DNA of 56,793 bases, filler included, from Trypethelium eluteriae (Eukaryota), in NCBI GenBank assembly GCA_051942245.1. It is 3 parts of 3 records of this genome, joined end to end, with 100 filler letters (N's around TTAATTAATTAA, not from the genome) between each part and the next. Parts side by side here need not be neighbours in the genome. Positions count along the whole stretch, not along the records: positions 37,937 to 56,793 come from JAVECL010000545.1; 2 more parts are not named here. One strand, 5' to 3'. Shown in pieces: positions 50,072 to 56,793 of this stretch. The notes below the pieces were generated by a model that made no database searches, was not told the DNA's origin, and worked only from the letters and a program-made list of their open reading frames with translations. The translations under genes were made by a program, and so were the position numbers. Position 1 is the first letter of the stretch, and each line of letters begins with the position of its first letter.

Positions 50072-51144
50072 ATGTCGAGTTCGGCCTCAAACTCTGGCAA
50101 CCCTTATCATAACTATGAGAATCCTCAAGTTGAGGATGATCTGATAGATCCAGATGATGGTATATCTCTATAACAATTGGACATAGCACACACTTTCTGA
50201 ACTCTTACAGCTGGCCTTGATGACCTCGATGATCCCCTCCAAAATAATGAACGTGCACCCCTGTCTGGCGGACTGCATGGCAACATTCAAACTCAGGAAG
50301 AAGCCCGGAGAGCTCAACGTAATACGCAATCCTACTTAACATCTTCAATCCCAGGTGAAGATCGCCAAGCTTCACAGAATACCATCGACGAGAGTGTTTG
50401 GGCCACATTACGACGAGACTTACTTGCGGTATGGGAAAAGATGAGGCAGGTGCTTTGGCCGAAGTACTTGCTCGGAGGCATGCTGCAGAGCGGAGGAGGT
50501 ATTGGAGGTGCAGAACGAGGCGAGGCTGATGGTGTCACCAGTGGTGTCAGGAATCTGATGGGGAGGTGGCCGGACGCGGAGACGGTGCTACAGGGTGGTA
50601 TGAGTGAGGGTTTGAGAGATTGGGATCTCTGGTAAATATTCAGTCTGCTTTTCTCGTTTATGGAACTCGCTGACGCTTTTATACACAGGGGGCCGCTTCT
50701 ATTCTGCCTCCTACTGAGCCTCTTTCTGTCATGGAAAGCGCAAGAGAAACAAAAGTCGGAGGTTTTCTCTGGCGTGTTTGCCACAGTCTGGATCGGTGAG
50801 GCCGTCGTAACTCTTCAGATAAAGCTTCTTGGCGGACAAATGTAAGCAAAAGAATATAGATCGGGCATTGAAGAGCATGCTAATTCACCCATAGCTCCTT
50901 TTTCCAGGCCGTCTGTATCATCGGATACACGCTTTTTCCAATGGTGATTGCGTCGCTCCTCAGTGTATTCGGGCTTCCAATGATTGCGCGGATTCCAGTT
51001 TATATTGTGCTTGTTGCTTGGTCTCTTGCTGCGGGAGTTAGCATTCTTGGGGGTTCAGGAGTTGTGAAAAACCGCGTTGGCATTGCTGTATACCCATTGT
51101 TCATTTTCTACGTTGGTCTTGGGTGCTTGTGCTTTATTAGCTAG
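50072..51144 (+). CDS. Yip1-domain Golgi/ER membrane protein (Yip4/YIPF6-like), 4 exons
   Basis: Acidic N-terminus, TIDESVWATLRRDL, LRDWDLW|GPLLFCL, WIGEAVVTLQIKLLGG, CIIGYTLFP, AVYPLFIFY. Confidence 0.9.
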
Positions 51145-52033
51145 ATTGCTCGATGTTGATGGCCTTGGATGTTTTCAGCTGATTTTCAGCATGTATCATT
51201 AGCTGTAGATGGAAAGGCTACAAGGTCGACCTGATCTCGATCTCGTACACGTTCTCTGCAAATTTCAAAGCTGGAATTGACCCAGAATCAAAACTTGGGA
51301 TCCGTACAGAAGCGTAGCATCTCAGTAGGTACCTAAGCCTTTCGAATGCATCGTTCATCGAGCATGGTCCTCCTTGTTGAGTCGGCTCGCTGAATTTGGT
51401 GAATTGCCGCCCCGCACTGAGCCCACCATTGGCTCCAAGTACAAGCGCGATCCTCATCGTCACCGCAATCTTGGACTTTGCCAGTAATAATCCATGCCCA
51501 TGTATAGTGACTACTGTCGTGGTGAATTTCTAGCAGCGAGCTCATCCCATCGGACCGTCCCATTGTCCTTCTTTGGCGCCTCAGCTTCTGCATCTATCCG
51601 CGTGGAGGCCAATACCCAGGCTTCTCACTATCCGACGTGATAATTCAAATTGAGACAAGGCGTTTCTAGACAAGGAAGCCACTCCTGCTGTTTCGGAAAA
51701 TCGAGTTGTGTGTGGTACAGAGTGGTGAGTTGTCAATCAGGTCCTTATCTAGGTCCCCCGAATACAAAGGGATACAGCTCTTCCCGGTCCTCCCCGGTCC
51801 ATGCAGCTGAACAAGAGTTGCTGATCAGCTGTGTAGGTGCGTGTTCTAACCGTCGTGTCCCTCTATGTGGAGAAATCCTGTCAACGCGCCCTTAAGCGAC
51901 TGTCTCACTTGGAAGGCTCACACAACCTAATCGATCCTCACAGTCCACGGAGCTGCAGGTGAGAGTCTCGGATTATTTTCGAAAGACCTATCTACACGAG
52001 GTCAAGGTGCGCGTACCTAGTCGGAGCACGGTC

Positions 52034-54034
52034 ATGACGCGGTCTTCCCAGCGCCAATTGTCACCACAAGCCTCCGAGCCCAATACAACAAAGCTGCCTG
52101 TCAGCCAAAATCACGCGCAGTCGAACGGATTTGCCACACAACCTTCAGCCACAATGCAGGAGGTCGAGAACGGCGAACGTCCCGTCCGCGAGAAACTCAA
52201 GAATACATCCATTGCCGCCACAATATCAGACCCTGGCTCGCCACCTGAACCAGATCTAGATACCGCCATGGCGAACGACGATTCCACCAAATCGTCAAAT
52301 ATGATAACAGGAAGTGAGCCAAAAGAGCGCGGCTCTTTAAAGAAGAAGAGAAGTTTCGAAGACGTTGAGGCAGCCGACAATTCTCAAGACCACTCGAAGC
52401 ATCCTGAGAAGCATGTACGCAAACGATCAAGGTCGCGTGAGCCCGAAAGCCCTGAAGAAGATTCGGCACCTCAGGATGCTAAGATGTCGCCTAACACATC
52501 TGGAGCTGATGCGTCCGCCGAAAACAGCGACCAGAACGGGTCTAAAGAGGCACAGATGGTCCAGGACAAACAGCCTAGCACTCCATCCGCAGAGGCTGAA
52601 GAAAACATGCAGGATAGCAAAGAGGGGCTGACTAGTCCTAAGAATAAGAGGAGCAGAGAAGAATTCTTAGAGGACCATGCCGAAGATAAAGTGGAACCCA
52701 CAGGGGAGAGTGAAAAGAAAAACATCGCATCTGATATCAACCTGGAAGGCCTGGAAAATGACAAAGGCACGCCAAGTGGAGAGCCGAAATCAAAAAGGCA
52801 CCGAGATTCTAGCAGTCCTCAACCAGAGGATGCAAAATCTATCGCCAAGAGTGAAACTGAGACTACTGCGACTAAAGTGAGTTTTAACTTATTCACCACG
52901 TTCTACCCTGAGGAAAGTACCAACATTTGCAGGTTCCTACTTCCAGTGGCTTCGCAGACACGTCGGCAAGCTCACCATTCGGCAGCCTTTCTGGCCCCAA
53001 GGCACCGACTGAGCAACCGCAAACCTCGGCAGGTGCTTTTGCAAAATCGGGATTCAGCTCGTTTGCAAGTACGTCTTCATCACCATTTGGTGCGGCAGGA
53101 GCGAAAGCTACAGAGGGTTCAAAGAGCCCTTTCGGTGCCGTCGCCGGTGACAAGCCCGCCCTCTCTACCTTTGGATCCGCTAAGCCTCTCTCGTCCTCAT
53201 CAGCATCGACTACCAGCGAGAGTAAAGGCTTTGGAGGCGTGGGATCTAGTGAAAAGTCCCCATTTGCAACAGCTGGTGCAGGTAAGACGTCTGGCTTCGG
53301 AAGTGGCACTAGCGGTTTCGGCAGTCTGGCTGGAGGATTGTCGAGCTTTGCCAGTAAGCCAGGAACAGCCACATTTGGATCCTCAAAACCAACAACAACA
53401 TTCGGAGCCGCTGCAACTGAGGATGATGAAGAGGAAACAGAGGAGGGAGGAGAGGGTGATGAAACCCCTGCAGCAACTGAGGCAGACAAACAGGACGAAC
53501 GGTTTCACATCCAAGACGGTATGAAGACGAGCAAAGTCTTTTGACTTGTAACACAGCTAATTGATGAATGAAGTCAACACGGGTGAGGATGATGAATCGA
53601 CGCGCTTCCAATCTCGCACCAAACTCTACGCTTTCATGGCCGTGGACGGCTCGACTCAGAAGACCTGGAAGGAACGTGGCGTTGGCACTGTCAAGCTGAA
53701 TGTCTCCAAAGCCGACGACGAAAAGCCAGACGAGCCACCCAAGGTCCGACTGATCATGCGTGCAGACGGTTCTCAGAGAGTCGTATTGAATACCCCGGTC
53801 CTCAAAGACATCAGATTCGGCGATGCTCAGGGCGACAAGCCTACGGGGCAGACCATGCTGTTCCGGGGTACCATCGACGAGAAGCCGGAATTGGAGTTGC
53901 TGCAGTTGAAGGTTTGTTCTTTTCAGGGCGCTCAAAATACATATCAGTCGATCTCACTAATTGCCATCCAGATGAAGCCTCCTTACATTGCGGAACTGTG
54001 GCAGCAGATCACGGAGCTGCAGGAAGACATGTAG
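52034..54034 (+). CDS. RanBP1-domain / FG-repeat nucleoporin-like protein (Nup56/Yrb2-like), 4 exons
   Basis: ERPVREKLKNTSI, basic NLS-like clusters (KKKRS, RKRSR, KNKRSR), SPFG/GFG repeats, and a RanBD (VNTGEDDE...KLYAF...WKERGVGTVKLNV...RLIMRADGSQRVVLN). Introns 52877-52932, 53519-53573 and 53912-53971. Confidence 0.88.
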
Positions 54035-54697
54035 TTGCTTGGGAAAAAGCATTCTCGTGCGCTTTAGATGTACAGTGATTCAGAGCATAGTAGGAATCGC
54101 AACTCGGGCACTGACATTGGAGGAGGTCATGACTAATGATTTGGTGTGTACTTCAGAGGATGAGGTTGGAGCCAACCGGATACGTCTTCACGACCCCAAA
54201 TAGAACGAGTCGTTGACGCTTTACTTTCAATTGCTCATTAACGGTGGCGGTCCGCACACCTATAGTGCATTTTTTTGCTACTGATTTTTCTGCCACTCTT
54301 TCAGTCGGCCTAATGGTGAGCCTCGGTCTACACATTGTACAGTTTGACGACTGCCCAGGCTTGCATGGATGATATGTTTGCGTAAGCTGATAGAAGACAA
54401 ACGGTTGAGAGGATAGCATAGTAGATGAATGCAAGCATTAAATTATTTGAGCCTTTTAATTCTCAAGGACAAGTACCTATCTTAGTCATTAGGATTTTGA
54501 CTGACTGGTCAGTCGCCAGTTTCCAAATAGTGCCCCTCAGGTATGTAAACACATTCGGCTATTGGCGGCTTTAATATTGTCATCGTATCATTCTAGAACA
54601 AAGCCGCATCTTCAAACATCCTCCAAGCTTTCGATCTTCTTTTTCACCAAGGTCTCAATTTCAAGCTCTATAGATTTCTTTTATTCTGCCTGCCATC

Positions 54698-56465
54698 ATG
54701 TCTGTCAAGACCAAACCTGCATTACCTCCTGCTGTTATGGATTCGATCGTGCAACAAATCGGTAATACGCCACTTGTCCGTCTTAACAAGATACCGAAAT
54801 CTCTTGGTATCGAAGCGACCGTCTACGCAAAAACAGAGATGTTTAATGCAGGTGGCAGCGTCAAGGATAGAATAGCACTTCGGATGATCGAAGAAGCAGA
54901 GCGGAGTGGAAGGATCAAGCCTGGAGACACACTCATTGAGCCAACGAGTGGCAATACGTAGGTTGGCCTCCACGTTCTTTGGCTGTGGTACGTTTCTTTC
55001 TGTGATAAGAAGCTTATTTAGCCTCCTCAGTGGTATCGGTCTTGCGCTTGTTGGAGCCGTAAAGGGCTACCGCACCATCATCACTCTCCCGGAAAAGATG
55101 TCCCCCGAAAAGGTCGCCGTCTTGCGCGCTCTCAATGCTGAAATCATTCGTACTCCCACTGCAGCAGCTTACGACTCTCCCGAATCACACATTGGCGTGG
55201 CGCGCCGATTGCAGAAGGAGCTTCCCAACGCACATATTCTGGACCAGTATGGAAACCCGGAGAATCCCGCAGCACATGAGAAAGGCACCGCACAGGAAAT
55301 CTGGACTCAAACACGAGAGCTAGAAGAAGCAGGTGTAGGAAGATTGAGGATGGTGGTAGCCGGTGCCGGCACTGGTGGTACGATTACAGGACTGGCAAAA
55401 GGATTGAGGCAGCACAGCCAAGACATCCAAATCGTAGCCGCAGATCCACAAGGAAGTGTTCTGGCCCTTCCTGAATCACTCAACGACGAACACAGGAATA
55501 TGCCTTACAAAGTCGAAGGGATAGGCTACGACTTTGTTCCCGATGTGCTCATCCGTGAAAACGTGGACCGATGGTACAAAACCGACGACCGCGAGTCCTT
55601 CATGTACGCACGCCGTCTCATCGCTGAGGAGGGTCTTCTTGTGGGAGGAAGCAGTGGTAGCGCGATGGCCGCCCTCGTCCGCGGCATCAAGGATGCGGGC
55701 CTCAAGAAGGGCGACATTGCCGTGGTGATCCTTCCGGACAGCATCCGCAGCTATCTCTCTAAATTCGTCGACGATGACTGGCTCGCTGCACAAGACCTCC
55801 TCCCTCCATCCCCTCCCTTGACCGCACCCTCCACACCACCTACGCACTCCGCCGAACCGACCTCACCTTCTTCTCCCACAGCCTCTACAAAGCCCAAGAA
55901 TCGATTCGGGACCGCCACGATTCGCTCTTTAAGACTGAAAACCATCACAACTGTTGCAGCGTCCTCGTCGTGCGCTGAAGCTATCGAGACCATGCGAGAC
56001 AAAGGCTTCGATCAGCTCCCTGTCGCGGCGTCTGCCTCCTCGAAACGGCTTGTCGGTCTTGTGACACTGGGAAATCTGCTTAGCTACTTATCGAGCGGCC
56101 GTGCGTCCCCAACGAGTGAAGTGCGCAGCGTGATGTTTGACTTCCAGAAGATGGACGATGTTGTACCGGGGGATTTGAAGAGCGTGACGGAGAGCATGAA
56201 GGACATGGGACTGTATGAGATGAATGGCATCACTGATGCTGATGGCAAGAAAGTCAATGGGGTTAATGGGACGAGTGGTGGTGGTATGAAGCACAGAAAG
56301 TTTGTAGAGATCACGCGCGATACGCCATTGAATTCTCTGTCAAGATTTTTCGAATGGAATAGTGCGGCGGTGGTAACGGAGAAGGATGAGACGGGTGGAT
56401 TGAAACCGGTAGCTGTTGTGACGAAGGTTGATCTTTTGACATGGCTTGTAATGAATGGTCGATGA
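54698..56465 (+). CDS. CYS4: Cystathionine beta-synthase (heme-less fungal type) with C-terminal CBS domains
   Basis: [18 protein letters not shown] (PLP Lys), EPTSGNT, intron 54958-55030, [49 protein letters not shown]. Confidence 0.97.
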
Positions 56466-56793
56466 CTTGTACGCTTTGAGGTCGGATTGCCATTGCATGG
56501 GAATGGCGCTCACATATATAGGGACGGGACGTCGCATACAAGAAACAAGATTAGACTAGGGAGGCAATGTGCTTGCAGGCCTCAACGTCCAAGCACTTTT
56601 CTGCCCTTCCGGATAGATCGGCCCAGCAATGGATTTTATTTTCATGACCCAGAAATTACTTGTGGTATTAGTTGCTCTACATATTCTCGGCAATCCACTC
56701 CCACCACTCCTCCACATCCTCCTTCTCCCCTTCCGTGCCTAGCACACATCCACTCACAACCTTGACAAAGACATCGCACTCTTCCATCATCTC

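Overview
Gene-dense eukaryotic DNA from a filamentous ascomycete (Pezizomycotina), with short GT-AG introns carrying CTRAC/CTRAY branch sites. About 26 protein-coding genes or fragments can be supported. In order: SLT11/RBM22 (partial), MYND/DUF4470 protein, FN3 membrane protein, PAF-acetylhydrolase, Rab4/Ypt4, USP protein, a 71-aa hydrophilic protein, an orphan, the last exon of an ADAM protease, a Ras-like/RasGEF fusion, APP1, an AA11 LPMO, a Cys/His finger protein, LSM1, an SDR fragment, PRO1 (partial), dienelactone hydrolase, TIM21, a probable augmin HAUS3 homologue, carboxylesterase, IFA38, ERG28, GAL7, Yip1-family protein, NUP56-like RanBD protein and CYS4. The window is three contigs joined by artificial 100-nt N-TTAATTAATTAA-N spacers. 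Notable observations: (1) recurrent ~0.6-1 kb GC-rich islands that switch from C-rich to G-rich whichever strand the gene is on, and which coincide with contig breaks; (2) a bacterial-looking alpha/beta-hydrolase fragment fused to a fungal SDR exon through a 27-nt stretch readable in both genes; (3) a start codon apparently split by an intron; (4) a Ras-like GTPase domain and a CDC25 GEF in one polypeptide. I saw no tRNA, rRNA, CRISPR array or intact transposon. Family assignments are from motif recognition only; no searches were run.
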